A stretch of DNA of 64,000 nucleotides from Candidatus Marinacidobacterales bacterium (lineage in GTDB: Bacteria > Acidobacteriota > Vicinamibacteria > Marinacidobacterales > DATDRI01): NCBI GenBank assembly GCA_965226495.1, contig OZ245365.1, positions 1,952,001 through 2,016,000 on the forward strand, written 5' to 3'. The notes below the pieces were generated by a model that was not told the DNA's origin, did no database searches, and saw only the letters and a program-made list of their open reading frames with translations. The position numbers and the translations under genes are program-made. Every line of letters begins with the position of its first letter. The stretch's first letter is position 1. Positions 1 through 9,572 of the stretch are shown piece by piece.

Positions 1-1551
1 TCCATCGGAGTCGCAGGAGATGTCGCCGAGCACCGCCTCACGGGTCGGCTTTTCGTCCAGCCGTTGGATGGGCATGATCGGAAAGAGTTGTTTGATCGCC
101 CAGGCGTCCGGCATACTCTGGAACACCGAGAAGTTGCAAAAATACGTGTCGGATAAGGCCGCCTCCAATCCGACGAGCTCGTCGGGCACGTACTCGAGCT
201 CGGAAGCTAGTTTCGAAACGCGGCGACGAATTCTCCAGTACAGGTTCTCTGCCAAAACGCGCTGCTCGAGAGGAAGGTAGCCCAGGCTGAAGAGGTTCAG
301 CACTTGGTCGAAGGCTTGCTGCGCATCGTGGAGGCTTTCGAGGATGTTCTCAGCGTCTAGCTCGTCATGAGTCTGCTGAAGGTCATAGACCGGTTGCTCG
401 TCGTCTTCGGATGCTTTGGGAAGTTCCTGGTCTTCTCTTGGACCCAGCTCGCTGACTCCCAGCACATCGAACACTAGAGCACTGTGATACGCGACGATCG
501 CTCGGCCGCTCTCAGAAAGGATCGTAGGGTGCGGGATTTCTGCTTCCTCGCACACGTTCTGAACATGGAAGACGATGTCGTTCGCGTACTCCTGCAGCGT
601 ATAGTTCACGCTGGAATCGAAATCGGTCTGGGAGCCGTCGTAGTCAATGCCCAGTCCGCCACCCACGTCGATGAACTTCATGCCCGCGCCGTGGCGGGCG
701 AGCTCTGCGTACATGCGGGCTCCCTCGATCACGGCGGCCTTGATCTGGCGAATATCGCTGATCTGACTGCCGAGGTGAAAGTGGAGCAGCTCGACGCAGT
801 CGGCCATGCCGGTTTCTTTCAACTGCTCCACAGCGCTCAGCGCCTCTCCCGCAGTGAGGCCGAACTTCGATCGGTAGCCGCCTGACTCCGTCCACCGGCC
901 GGCACCGCGGCTCGCCAACCTTACCCGCAAGCCGATGCGGGGGCGTACTCCGACGCGGTGGGAGTGCCGAGTGATGAAGTCCAGTTCGTTCGCCTTCTCG
1001 ACGACGGGTATGATGTTGCGGCCGATCTTCTTGGCGAGCATCACCATTTCGATGTACTCGTCGTCTTTGAATCCGTTGCAGACGATCGGGGTCTCGTTGT
1101 CCGCGATGGCGAGGACGGCTAGGAGCTCCGCCTTGGAGCCGACCTCCAGCCCGTATCCGTAGGGGCGGCCGAATTCAAGGACCTCTTCGACGACCTGACG
1201 TTGCTGGTTGACCTTGATGGGGTACACGCAGCAGTAACGCCCCTGGTAGCCATGGTCCCGCATGGCTTCCTGAAAGGCACTATGGATCTCGCCCAGACGT
1301 TGCTTAAGGATGCCGGCAAAGCGAATCAGGATTGGAGTAGAGATTCCGCGGAGCACGAGGGTATCGGTGAGCTCCCTCAAGTCGATGGATTGGCGCGGGT
1401 CCTTGTTCGGATGCACGAGAAGGTGGCCGTTCTCGCCGACCGAAAAGTAACCTTTGCCCCACCGGGCTACGTCGTAATGTTCACTGGAGTCGTTGGCAGT
1501 CCAAGCGCGTGCACCGTTGAGCACACTCTTCGTCGAAGGTTTACCTTGCAA
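1..1551 (-). CDS. speA: Biosynthetic arginine decarboxylase, 5' part (runs off the left edge; not in ORF track)
   Basis: Manual minus-strand translation from TTG at 1551 (GGGAGAG RBS): ...HYDVARWGKGYFSVGENGHL...CVYPIKVNQQRQVVEE...GLEVGSKAELLA. YPIKVNQ is the PLP-lysine motif of SpeA. Confidence 0.93.
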   Translation of the reverse strand, partial: MQGKPSTKSVLNGARAWTANDSSEHYDVARWGKGYFSVGENGHLLVHPNKDPRQSIDLRELTDTLVLRGISTPILIRFAGILKQRLGEIHSAFQEAMRDHGYQGRYCCVYPIKVNQQRQVVEEVLEFGRPYGYGLEVGSKAELLAVLAIADNETPIVCNGFKDDEYIEMVMLAKKIGRNIIPVVEKANELDFITRHSHRVGVRPRIGLRVRLASRGAGRWTESGGYRSKFGLTAGEALSAVEQLKETGMADCVELLHFHLGSQISDIRQIKAAVIEGARMYAELARHGAGMKFIDVGGGLGIDYDGSQTDFDSSVNYTLQEYANDIVFHVQNVCEEAEIPHPTILSESGRAIVAYHSALVFDVLGVSELGPREDQELPKASEDDEQPVYDLQQTHDELDAENILESLHDAQQAFDQVLNLFSLGYLPLEQRVLAENLYWRIRRRVSKLASELEYVPDELVGLEAALSDTYFCNFSVFQSMPDAWAIKQLFPIMPIQRLDEKPTREAVLGDISCDSDG

Positions 1552-1733
1552 GCTGTCTCTCCCTGGAATTCTCTAGGACACCATTGTGCGTCCGAATTGC
1601 CGTGGAGGCAAACAAAAAGCCACGTTTCAAATCCTACCAGGACGCCAAAAGGTTGGGTTGCTTCTATCGATGGAGCCAGACGCCGGTCGCGCGCGCTTGC
1701 CGCGTCGGCGGTCGGATGCCATAGTCAAGGGAT

Positions 1734-2135
1734 ATGACAGAGTCCAGGGACCGTGGGGCCGCGCGGGAGAGCCAAGTTCGTGCGGCACAGTCGGTGGGAG
1801 CTCACGTCACCCGTCGGCACATTTTTTTATGTTCTGATCAGACCAAGCCCAAGTGCAGCGAGAGGGAGCGATCGATCGCCGCCTGGAATTACCTGAAGCA
1901 GCGTCTCAAAGAGCTGGGTCTCTCGGAGCAGGGCGGCATCTTTCGGACCAAGGCCAACTGCCTCCGGGTTTGCGAAGGTGGGCCCATCGCGGTGGTTTAT
2001 CCCGAAGGCGCTTGGTACGGCGGGTGCGATCCGCCGGTTCTCGAGCGGATCATCCAAGAGCATTTGGTGAACGGCCAAATCGTTGAAGAGCACGTGATCC
2101 TAGCGCGTACTCTCGAGCCGGGCTCTGGCAGCTAA
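1734..2135 (+). CDS. Thioredoxin-like [2Fe-2S] ferredoxin
   Basis: HIFLC...KPKC...[25 protein letters not shown]...IIQEHL; four-Cys TRX-like ferredoxin pattern. Confidence 0.85.
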   Translation: MTESRDRGAARESQVRAAQSVGAHVTRRHIFLCSDQTKPKCSERERSIAAWNYLKQRLKELGLSEQGGIFRTKANCLRVCEGGPIAVVYPEGAWYGGCDPPVLERIIQEHLVNGQIVEEHVILARTLEPGSGS

Positions 2136-2144
2136 TGGAAATTC

Positions 2145-2594
2145 CTACTCTCCGATATCCTCGGCCCAAAGATCGGGTTTTTCACGCTGCAAGCGCTCCA
2201 TAAGGCGGACGCAACGGGGGTCGTCTAGGAGCACTAGCTCGATGTCGCTGGTTCGCATCCAGTCCTCGGCGCCCATGAACGTTCGGTTCTCTCCGATGAT
2301 GACCCGCGGGATCTGGAAGAGGATGGCGGTACCCGAGCACATGGGGCAGGGGCTGAGCGTGGACACCAGGGTCAGCTGCCTCCAGTCCCGCCTCCTTCCG
2401 GCATTCCGGATGCACACGACTTCGGCGTGGGCGGTCGGATCCCCACTTTGGACGCGTTCGTTGTGGCCGCGCGCTACGATTTGGCCGCCCTGGTTCACGA
2501 GGACGGAGCCGATCGGAATGCCTCCCTGCGTCCATGACTCTTCTGCCTGGGCAAGCGCCGCTTCCATCCACTGATGGAACGAGTTCTGATCCAT
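2145..2594 (-). CDS. Zn-dependent nucleoside/cytosine deaminase (yeast Fcy1-like)
   Basis: HAE and SPCPMC motifs; GGIPIGSVL; C-terminal LWAEDIGE like fungal-type cytosine deaminase. Confidence 0.85.
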   Translation of the reverse strand: MDQNSFHQWMEAALAQAEESWTQGGIPIGSVLVNQGGQIVARGHNERVQSGDPTAHAEVVCIRNAGRRRDWRQLTLVSTLSPCPMCSGTAILFQIPRVIIGENRTFMGAEDWMRTSDIELVLLDDPRCVRLMERLQREKPDLWAEDIGE

Positions 2595-2670
2595 GGATGG
2601 GGATCATTATTGAAAGTACTACGTGGGAGCAAACGGCAGGGGACTGCGGGAAGGGAAGGCCTATCCAGGG

Positions 2671-3243
2671 CTAGATCAAATTGGCTTTGGTCAGCGTGTC
2701 TTCCACCAACTCGTAGACGTAGTTGCTAAGTCGACCGCGGCTCCTGTCATCGAAGTTTAGGAACTGAACTCCGGCACCCTCGAGCAGTGTGTCCTTGCGC
2801 CCGGCCCCAGGGTTCTTCCAGGCGACCCGTCCTTCGAGCTCGAGGGGCATCTCCTCTCGAAACGTACAGAACGTGAGACGTAGCCAACTGCCTTCCGGGA
2901 AGGGAACCATCGCGTGGACGTACGCCCCACCGGTGCTGATATCCTGGAGTCGACCCGAGAAGAAATTTAGCGGGGTCTCGCAGAGTACGTCCACCTCCGC
3001 AGGCACCCGGAGATACTCAATCGGTATCTGATTTCTTAGATCGGAACGCGATGTTTTCTTTCCAGTCCGTTCACTCGCACCGGGTTGGTACAATCCGGAG
3101 AAGATGCTGTCCAAGGTGAAGACGATTTGCTGCCACTCCTTTTCCAGTCTCGGATCGAGCTCTCCGCCTTGGAGGTTTCGCATCTGGAATAGGGTGGAGT
3201 ATTGCTTGAAAACCTGAACGATTGGGACGCTCGTCGTGGCCAT
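2671..3243 (-). CDS. PilZ domain-containing protein
   Basis: DISTGGAYV...LELEGRVAW...GAGVQF PilZ barrel. Start taken at ATG 3243 after GGAAGG. Confidence 0.75.
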   Translation of the reverse strand: MATTSVPIVQVFKQYSTLFQMRNLQGGELDPRLEKEWQQIVFTLDSIFSGLYQPGASERTGKKTSRSDLRNQIPIEYLRVPAEVDVLCETPLNFFSGRLQDISTGGAYVHAMVPFPEGSWLRLTFCTFREEMPLELEGRVAWKNPGAGRKDTLLEGAGVQFLNFDDRSRGRLSNYVYELVEDTLTKANLI

Positions 3244-3566
3244 AATGATCCTTCCTGCCAACTTCCAAGTACAAGATCCATTCCACCCTTCTGTTTTGGA
3301 GGTGAGACTACCCCTCGCATCGACAGGAAGTCTTTTGAAATGAGTCTATTAGTTGGTGTGGCCGCGTGTCAGGAAGGTATCGTTCCAACGCCTGGAGTGG
3401 TACGGCGACCGGGGTCACTTTACTCCGATCACATGGGGGTTTCCCCACGCGCGTGTGTGCGATCCCCCGCGAGGGCCGTCTGACGAGGTCTATACTGGCA
3501 GTGCGTCTATTGACGGCGAGAACGGAGTGTAAGCAGCGGCGTGATGGCCTGGATGGCCCGCCCGTT

Positions 3567-4853
3567 TCATTCCTCACGAATTCTAAAACGTCGAGCCTTT
3601 AACTCGTATCGCGGCAAACTCCCGGCCGCGACGGGGCGAACGGTCGCTTGCAGTCCTAGTCGCGTCGCAACTGTCCGAGACAATTCCGTGCACACGGCGT
3701 CTTGCCGTGTCTCCGGCAGCACTTCCACCCGAATTTCCATCTCCAACATCTCACGATGTCGGAACACCTCGACTTCGAACTCTACGATTTCGTTTTGCGT
3801 TCTGACCAGCTCTTCCACTGCACTTGGATACACGTTCATGCCGCGGAGTTGAATCATGTCATCCGCCCGACCTAGGACGGCCCCGGGAAAGAAGACGTAG
3901 GGGCTACCGCATTCGCAAGCATCCTCCCCCAACCGCACGATGTCTCCGGTCCGGTAACGCACCACGGGCATATCCCAGCGGCCGAGATTGGTCAGAACGA
4001 GCTCCCCACTTTCACCGAGTCCAACCGGGCGGTGGCCGCCGACCTCTAACACTTCTCCGATGAATTCCGATTCCAACAGATGCATACCCGCTCCCGCGGG
4101 GCATTCATACCCCCATGCGCCAACTTCGGTGGAGCCAGCGTGATCGAACGCACGGGCGCCCCATGCCTCCTCGATCCGCCGTCGGGTCGCGGGGATGCTG
4201 GCACCCGGCTCGCCGGCGTGTATCGTCATCCTGACCGAGTCCGACGAGAGGTCGATTCCGTTTTCCCGTGCCACCTCTGCCAACCGAAGCGCGTAGGTGG
4301 GCGTGGAGAGGAGAACTGTGGCCCGGCTGTCGCGGATCCAATCAAGGCGTTGCAACGAGCTCTGCGCGCCGCCGGCTACCACCATCGCTCCGAGTTCTTT
4401 GGCTGCTTCGAAGCCGCCCCAGAATCCCATGAACGGACCGAACCCGAAAGCTGCGAAGACGACGTCCTCGCAATCGAGATCGGCGGCTCGGTAGATCTCC
4501 CGCCAGCAGCGGATGAACCACGACCACGTGCGATCTGTGTCGAGCCATTTGAGCTTCCTACCGGTCGTACCAGAAGTTGTGTGGACACGGGTATATCGTG
4601 CGAGAGGCGAAGTGAGATTCGTTCCGTACGGCGGGTGCTCTTCCTGGTCACGGACGAGCTCGTCCTTGGCGGTAAAGGGCAGAGAGAGGATGTCTTCTGC
4701 GCTGACCAGAGGTAACTTCGTGCTTTCGAGTTTGGCTTCGTAGAAGCGGTTTTGACGTCTCAATCGACCAAGTCCGTCGTTCAACTTGATCAGCTGAAGG
4801 CGGGCGAGCGCCTTTCGTCTCCGTGCTAAGTCGGCGGTGCTCTTCTTTTTCAT
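3567..4853 (-). CDS. Phenylacetate-CoA ligase family (PaaK-like) adenylating enzyme
   Basis: LPFTAKDEL, HTTSGTTG, AGEPGAS, RYRTGD, GRADDM, NVYPSAVE. Confidence 0.88.
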   Translation of the reverse strand: MKKKSTADLARRRKALARLQLIKLNDGLGRLRRQNRFYEAKLESTKLPLVSAEDILSLPFTAKDELVRDQEEHPPYGTNLTSPLARYTRVHTTSGTTGRKLKWLDTDRTWSWFIRCWREIYRAADLDCEDVVFAAFGFGPFMGFWGGFEAAKELGAMVVAGGAQSSLQRLDWIRDSRATVLLSTPTYALRLAEVARENGIDLSSDSVRMTIHAGEPGASIPATRRRIEEAWGARAFDHAGSTEVGAWGYECPAGAGMHLLESEFIGEVLEVGGHRPVGLGESGELVLTNLGRWDMPVVRYRTGDIVRLGEDACECGSPYVFFPGAVLGRADDMIQLRGMNVYPSAVEELVRTQNEIVEFEVEVFRHREMLEMEIRVEVLPETRQDAVCTELSRTVATRLGLQATVRPVAAGSLPRYELKARRFRIREE

Positions 4854-4946
4854 ATCCGATACCGTGACGGCTATTCCCAGACCAAAGAGTAGATCAAAAT
4901 GCGGTCGACTTCGAGGGGCAGCGAGATTCTGATATGCTCTCGGTCG

Positions 4947-6074
4947 ATGAAGCTCGAGGAGCTAAAGACGCCCGCGGCGCTCCTAGATCGAGAGATCGTG
5001 GAGCGGAACACGACGCGCATGGCCGAGCGCGTCCATCGTCTCGGTGCGCGACTCCGACCGCACGTCAAGACACACAAGTGCGTGGAAGTCGCTCGGCTTC
5101 AGGTGCGAGGCCATTTTGGGGGTATCACCGTCTCCACTCTTGCCGAGGCCCGATTCTTTGCCGCCGCGGGTTTCCGAGATCTGACATACGCTTTTCCGGT
5201 GCCGCTCTCCCGAATCGAGGAGGCGGCCGAGCTCGGTCAGAGTGTCGACAATTTGAATTTGTTAGTGGATCACGAGGCGACATTTCATGAGCTGGAAACT
5301 TGCGCAGCGGCAAAAGAGATTCGCTTCCCGGTGTTCCTAAAGGTTGACTGCGGCTATCACCGCGCCGGCGTGGATCCAGCTCGAGAGGGAAGTATAGCCC
5401 TCGCATCCAAGCTGGCGAGCTCGCCGCATCTCGATTTTCGCGGAATCCTGACTCACGCCGGCCATTCGTACGATTGCCGCAACCGCGACGAGATTCTCAC
5501 CGTCGCTCGCCAAGAGCGGGAAGTCACCGCGCACTTCGCAGAGAAGCTTCGCGGGGCAGGCGTCGAGGTCGCGGAAGTGAGTATCGGATCCACTCCAACC
5601 ATGTCCGTGACCGACAGCCTGGAAGGGGTCACCGAGGCTCGCCCGGGAAATTACGCGCTCTATGACGGTTTCCAGGTGGCTATCGGCAGTTGTTCCCGAG
5701 AGGACGTGGCCTTCTCGATCTTGGTTACAGTGGTGGGCGAATACCCGGAGCAGAACAAAGTGGTCATCAACGCGGGGGGCCTCGCGTTCTCCATGGATCC
5801 CGGCCCGCATCACGTAGACCCCGGCTGCGGCTATGGCACGTTCTTCACATCCGACGGTCGACACGCTTTCCCAGAATTGCGGCTGACGTCGATTTCTCAG
5901 GAGCATGGGCAGGTTTGTGGCCTGAAGCCCATCGACTTCAAGAAGATCTCCATTGGTACACAGTTGCGCGTCGTACCGAATCATTCTTGCTTGGCGTCGG
6001 CGCTCTACGATCGGTACCACGTCGTTCGCGAGAGCGAGGTGGAAGATGAATGGAGACCGGTCCGTGGTTGGTAG
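4947..6074 (+). CDS. DSD1-family PLP enzyme (D-serine dehydratase / D-threonine aldolase, fold type III)
   Basis: LRPHVKTHKC, GILTHAGHSY, GSTPT, EARPGNY, SQEHG, PNHSC. Start at ATG 4947. Confidence 0.88.
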   Translation: MKLEELKTPAALLDREIVERNTTRMAERVHRLGARLRPHVKTHKCVEVARLQVRGHFGGITVSTLAEARFFAAAGFRDLTYAFPVPLSRIEEAAELGQSVDNLNLLVDHEATFHELETCAAAKEIRFPVFLKVDCGYHRAGVDPAREGSIALASKLASSPHLDFRGILTHAGHSYDCRNRDEILTVARQEREVTAHFAEKLRGAGVEVAEVSIGSTPTMSVTDSLEGVTEARPGNYALYDGFQVAIGSCSREDVAFSILVTVVGEYPEQNKVVINAGGLAFSMDPGPHHVDPGCGYGTFFTSDGRHAFPELRLTSISQEHGQVCGLKPIDFKKISIGTQLRVVPNHSCLASALYDRYHVVRESEVEDEWRPVRGW

Positions 6075-6084
6075 CGGATAACCC

Positions 6085-6504
6085 GTGGCCGCACACGCTT
6101 GCCGCAGCCTGTTTGTCTACGGGACGCTCAGAAGAGGCGCCCCCAAGGATCTCCGCGAGTTCTTCGAAAACGAGCCGAAGTTCCTAGGCCGAGCGATGTC
6201 TCCCGGACGTTTGTACGACCTCGGCGAGTATCCCGGCATGCTCGAGCCAGGGAGGGACGAGGATCGAGTGGTCGGGGAGCTCTTCGAGTTGGAGGACGTC
6301 GAAACCAGCCTCGCTTGCCTCGACGACTACGAACACGCCACCTTGGATCACAGTCGTTTGTTCGAGCGGCGCCTCGGGGAAGTACAGTTGGAGGACGGGG
6401 CAATGATTGAGGGGGTTGAGGGGGTCGAGGCCTGGGTCTACTTTTATAAAGGTGAGGTCAGCGATGGGCAGAGAGTCTTATCGGGAGACTATCTCAAACC
6501 GTAA
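6085..6504 (+). CDS. Gamma-glutamylcyclotransferase (AIG2-like) family protein
   Basis: LFVYGTLRRG, LYDLGEYPG, LDDYE, AWVY, SGDY. Confidence 0.85.
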   Translation: MAAHACRSLFVYGTLRRGAPKDLREFFENEPKFLGRAMSPGRLYDLGEYPGMLEPGRDEDRVVGELFELEDVETSLACLDDYEHATLDHSRLFERRLGEVQLEDGAMIEGVEGVEAWVYFYKGEVSDGQRVLSGDYLKP

Positions 6505-7456
6505 GCGAAACCGCTCCGCTCACATCTAAGTTGCCACCGCTCACCAGCGCAACGGTCTTGGCGTCCTTGGGCAACGAGACCTTCCCCGCGAGAAGTGCCG
6601 CTACCGTGGCGGCTCCCGCCGGTTCCGCGACGAGCTTCGCCCTTTCCATGAGCAGCGGGATCGCTTCACGTATCTCTTGGTCAGAGACGGTGACGAGATC
6701 ATCCACGAGACGATCGATGCATCGAAAAACCTCGGCATCGGTCCCCTTGGTGGCGAGCCCATCGGCAATCGTGGTCACCCGTTCGAATTGAGTCGCAGAC
6801 CCTTTCTCGCGACTCGTCCTCATGTTCGCAGCGCCTTCTGGCTCGACGCCGATGATTCGAACATGGGGCAGCGCCAGCCGTAAAGCCATGGCGATGCCGG
6901 AGATGAGGCCACCCCCTCCGATGGGAATCAGAATCGCCTCGAGGTCCGGAAGGTCTTCGAGGATCTCGGCCGCGATCGTGCCCTGACCCGCCATGATGTG
7001 GCGGTCTTTGAAAGGATGGACGTAGACTAGGCCTTTCTCCTTTGCGAGCTGGATAGAATGTGCATACGCGTCGTCCCAGAACTTTCCGTGAAGGATCGCT
7101 TCCGCGCCGTACTCCTTGACGGCTCGCACCTTGCTGCGGTTCGCCCCGTCCGGCATCACCACGTAGCCGGGGATCTTCTGGTGAGACGAGACGAACGCGA
7201 CGGCTTGGCCATGATTACCCGCCGAGGCGGTGACGATGCCACGACCCTGCTCGGTAGGAGGGAGATGAAGGACCTTGTTGAAGGCACCACGGACTTTGAA
7301 GGAGCCCGTCTTCTGGAGATTCTCAGCCTTGAGCCAGACGCGAAGCGCGGTCCTCACACTCAGCGAGCGAGAAGACAGCAGCGGTGTGCGATGGACGAGC
7401 CCGTCGATCGTGGTCCTCGCGTCATCGAAGTCTTTTTGGGTAAGCTCGAGATCCAT
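6494..7456 (-). CDS. Threonine/serine dehydratase (serine racemase-like, no regulatory domain)
   Basis: KAENLQKTGSFKVRGA, SAGNHGQ, GGGGLISG, EPAGA, SGGN. Confidence 0.9.
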   Translation of the reverse strand: MDLELTQKDFDDARTTIDGLVHRTPLLSSRSLSVRTALRVWLKAENLQKTGSFKVRGAFNKVLHLPPTEQGRGIVTASAGNHGQAVAFVSSHQKIPGYVVMPDGANRSKVRAVKEYGAEAILHGKFWDDAYAHSIQLAKEKGLVYVHPFKDRHIMAGQGTIAAEILEDLPDLEAILIPIGGGGLISGIAMALRLALPHVRIIGVEPEGAANMRTSREKGSATQFERVTTIADGLATKGTDAEVFRCIDRLVDDLVTVSDQEIREAIPLLMERAKLVAEPAGAATVAALLAGKVSLPKDAKTVALVSGGNLDVSGAVSLTV

Positions 7457-7520
7457 TCCGCGTCCAATGATGGATAATATCGGCGGTCTTGGGAATTATC
7501 AAAGGAACCATCTTTTGAAC

Positions 7521-8429
7521 GTGAGCGGGTTGGAGAAACGATGTCAAGGGGGTCAGCCAGTGATCCTCGATGGTGCGATGGGCACCGAGCTTCAGAGGCG
7601 AGGCGTCGAGACACGCCTTCCGCTCTGGTCGAGTTGGGCGCTGCTCGAGGCGCCGGAGACGGTTCAGGCAGTTCACCGGGAATACTTGGAGGCCGGGGCG
7701 GATATTATTACGGCTAACACGTTTCGTACCCATCGTCGGTCACTCGCCGAGGAGGGAATGGGCGAGCAAGCCAAAGAGCTCACCCGCATCGCCGTTGAGC
7801 TGGCCCAGAGCGCGAGAGAGGAAGCGTCTGTCGAAGCTTTGGTGGCGGGCTGCATCTCACCTCTCGAGGATTGCTACCATCCGGAACGTGTGCCATCGAT
7901 GGATCGATTGAAGGAAGAGCACGCCGAGATTGCGGACAACCTTGCTTCCGCCGGCGCGGATCTTCTCTTAGTGGAAACGATGGGGACACTTGAAGAGCTC
8001 GACGCCGCCACCGAGGCAGCGCGACGAACGGGTCTCCCTGTCATGGTCAGCGTGATTCCCATTGAGGGAGCGAAGCTCATCGGTGGCCAATCGCTAGACG
8101 AGGTATTGGATCTCTTCGAGCGGCACCCCCCCCTAGTCTTAATGGTCAATTGCGCCAACCATCGCATGATCACGGCGGCGCTTGCTCATTTCTCTGAGGC
8201 CAGGGCACCGATTCCGTTTGGGGGCTATGCGAACATGGGAATGCCGGAGGACGATATGGGCTGGAGTTTCACGGACGAAGTGTCTCCAGACGACTATGCC
8301 GGCCAAGCCAGGGAATGGGTGCGGCTTGGCGCGAGGGTGGTTGGAGGATGCTGCGGGACCACGCCGGCCCACATTCGGGAGCTGGCGCGAGTCTTCAAAG
8401 GTGGCGCCGGCGACCGTGGAAGCGTTTAG
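7521..8429 (+). CDS. Homocysteine S-methyltransferase family protein
   Basis: LDGAMGTEL, VHREYLEAGADII, VNC, GGCCGTTPAHI Zn ligands. Start estimated at GTG 7521. Confidence 0.88.
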   Translation: MSGLEKRCQGGQPVILDGAMGTELQRRGVETRLPLWSSWALLEAPETVQAVHREYLEAGADIITANTFRTHRRSLAEEGMGEQAKELTRIAVELAQSAREEASVEALVAGCISPLEDCYHPERVPSMDRLKEEHAEIADNLASAGADLLLVETMGTLEELDAATEAARRTGLPVMVSVIPIEGAKLIGGQSLDEVLDLFERHPPLVLMVNCANHRMITAALAHFSEARAPIPFGGYANMGMPEDDMGWSFTDEVSPDDYAGQAREWVRLGARVVGGCCGTTPAHIRELARVFKGGAGDRGSV

Positions 8430-9561
8430 GCCGTTGCCACCGGATTGGTCCCAGATTCGCAGACGGTTCCCGGCAGTCGAGCGGTGCACTTACCTCAACA
8501 CGGCGGGTGGTGGACCGATGTGCGCGCCGGCGGTGGAAGAAGCCCGGCGCTACTTGGAGGAGGCACACAGCCACGGCGACGGTAAGTGGGATGAGTGGGT
8601 TGCAAGATCGGAGGGAGTCCGCCGCCACCTAGCATCCGTGCTCAAGGCAGCGCCGGAAGAGATTGCTTTCCTATCGAACGCGTCCTTCGGAATGAATACG
8701 CTTGCCGAGATGTTCGGCGGAGATGGAGAAGTCCTTGCCGCGGCCGACGATTTTCCCTCGGTAACGCTCCCATGGTTGCGCCGCGGCTATCCGGTCAGAT
8801 TTCTCGCGTCGGGTTCAGGTGGAGCGCCGGACTACAAAGAAATCGAGGAGGCGGTAGGCGATGGCACTCGGTACCTGGTAATCAGTTTCGTACAGTTTGC
8901 CACCGGCTTTCGTTACGACCTGGCGCGCTTGGGAGAAATTTGTCGCGCTCGGAACATGCTGCTGGTGGTCGATGCCACGCAGGGCTTCGGTGCTTTTCCC
9001 ATTGACGTGCAGCGTGGTCGCATTGATGCGCTTGTGTTTAGCTGCTACAAGTGGACCACTGCAGGCTATGGAATCGCTCCGCTCTACGTACGAAAGGAGA
9101 TACTAGAATCTCGATCTCTTCCTCTGGTTGGTTGGCGAAGTGCGCGCGTGCCTTATGACCTAGTGTCCAACCGGCTGGACTTGACCAGCGAGGCGCGCGG
9201 ACTCGAGTTGGGGCATATGCCTTTCGCGGGGGTCTTTGCACTCGGCGGAGCGCTCCGCCTCTTGGAGGAGATCGGACTCGACAACATCGAAGCTCGCGTT
9301 CAAGACTTGACCGAGGAGCTGCACGCGCGGATGGCGAATGTTGGGCTCACGCTTTTGTCGCCGCGAGAGCGAGAAAGGCGTTCCGGCATTACCGTGCTGG
9401 AAGTTCCTGAGCCGGAGAGTGTAACCAGGCGACTCCGGGAGAGAAACATCTTCGTCGCAGCGCGACGTCGTGGCTTGCGGGTGGCGCTACACTTTTACAA
9501 CGATCACGACGACATCGAACGATTCACGGTCGCGATGACCGATATCTTGAATGAGGGCTAG
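8416..9561 (+). CDS. Class V PLP aminotransferase / C-S lyase-like enzyme
   Basis: YLNTAG, VDATQG, SCYKW (PLP Lys), LRVALHFYN. GTG start overlaps the upstream stop region. Confidence 0.85.
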   Translation: MEAFRPLPPDWSQIRRRFPAVERCTYLNTAGGGPMCAPAVEEARRYLEEAHSHGDGKWDEWVARSEGVRRHLASVLKAAPEEIAFLSNASFGMNTLAEMFGGDGEVLAAADDFPSVTLPWLRRGYPVRFLASGSGGAPDYKEIEEAVGDGTRYLVISFVQFATGFRYDLARLGEICRARNMLLVVDATQGFGAFPIDVQRGRIDALVFSCYKWTTAGYGIAPLYVRKEILESRSLPLVGWRSARVPYDLVSNRLDLTSEARGLELGHMPFAGVFALGGALRLLEEIGLDNIEARVQDLTEELHARMANVGLTLLSPRERERRSGITVLEVPEPESVTRRLRERNIFVAARRRGLRVALHFYNDHDDIERFTVAMTDILNEG

Positions 9562-9572
9562 TGCCCTAGTCG

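Noticed and set aside
20-1737. Plus-strand ORFs 20-280, 484-885, 1201-1737
   Set aside because: Antisense shadows of speA, which the track missed because it has no stop inside the window.
3244-3566. c-di-GMP riboswitch before the PilZ gene
   Set aside because: No GCAAA/GACGCAAA-type GEMM pattern recognisable.
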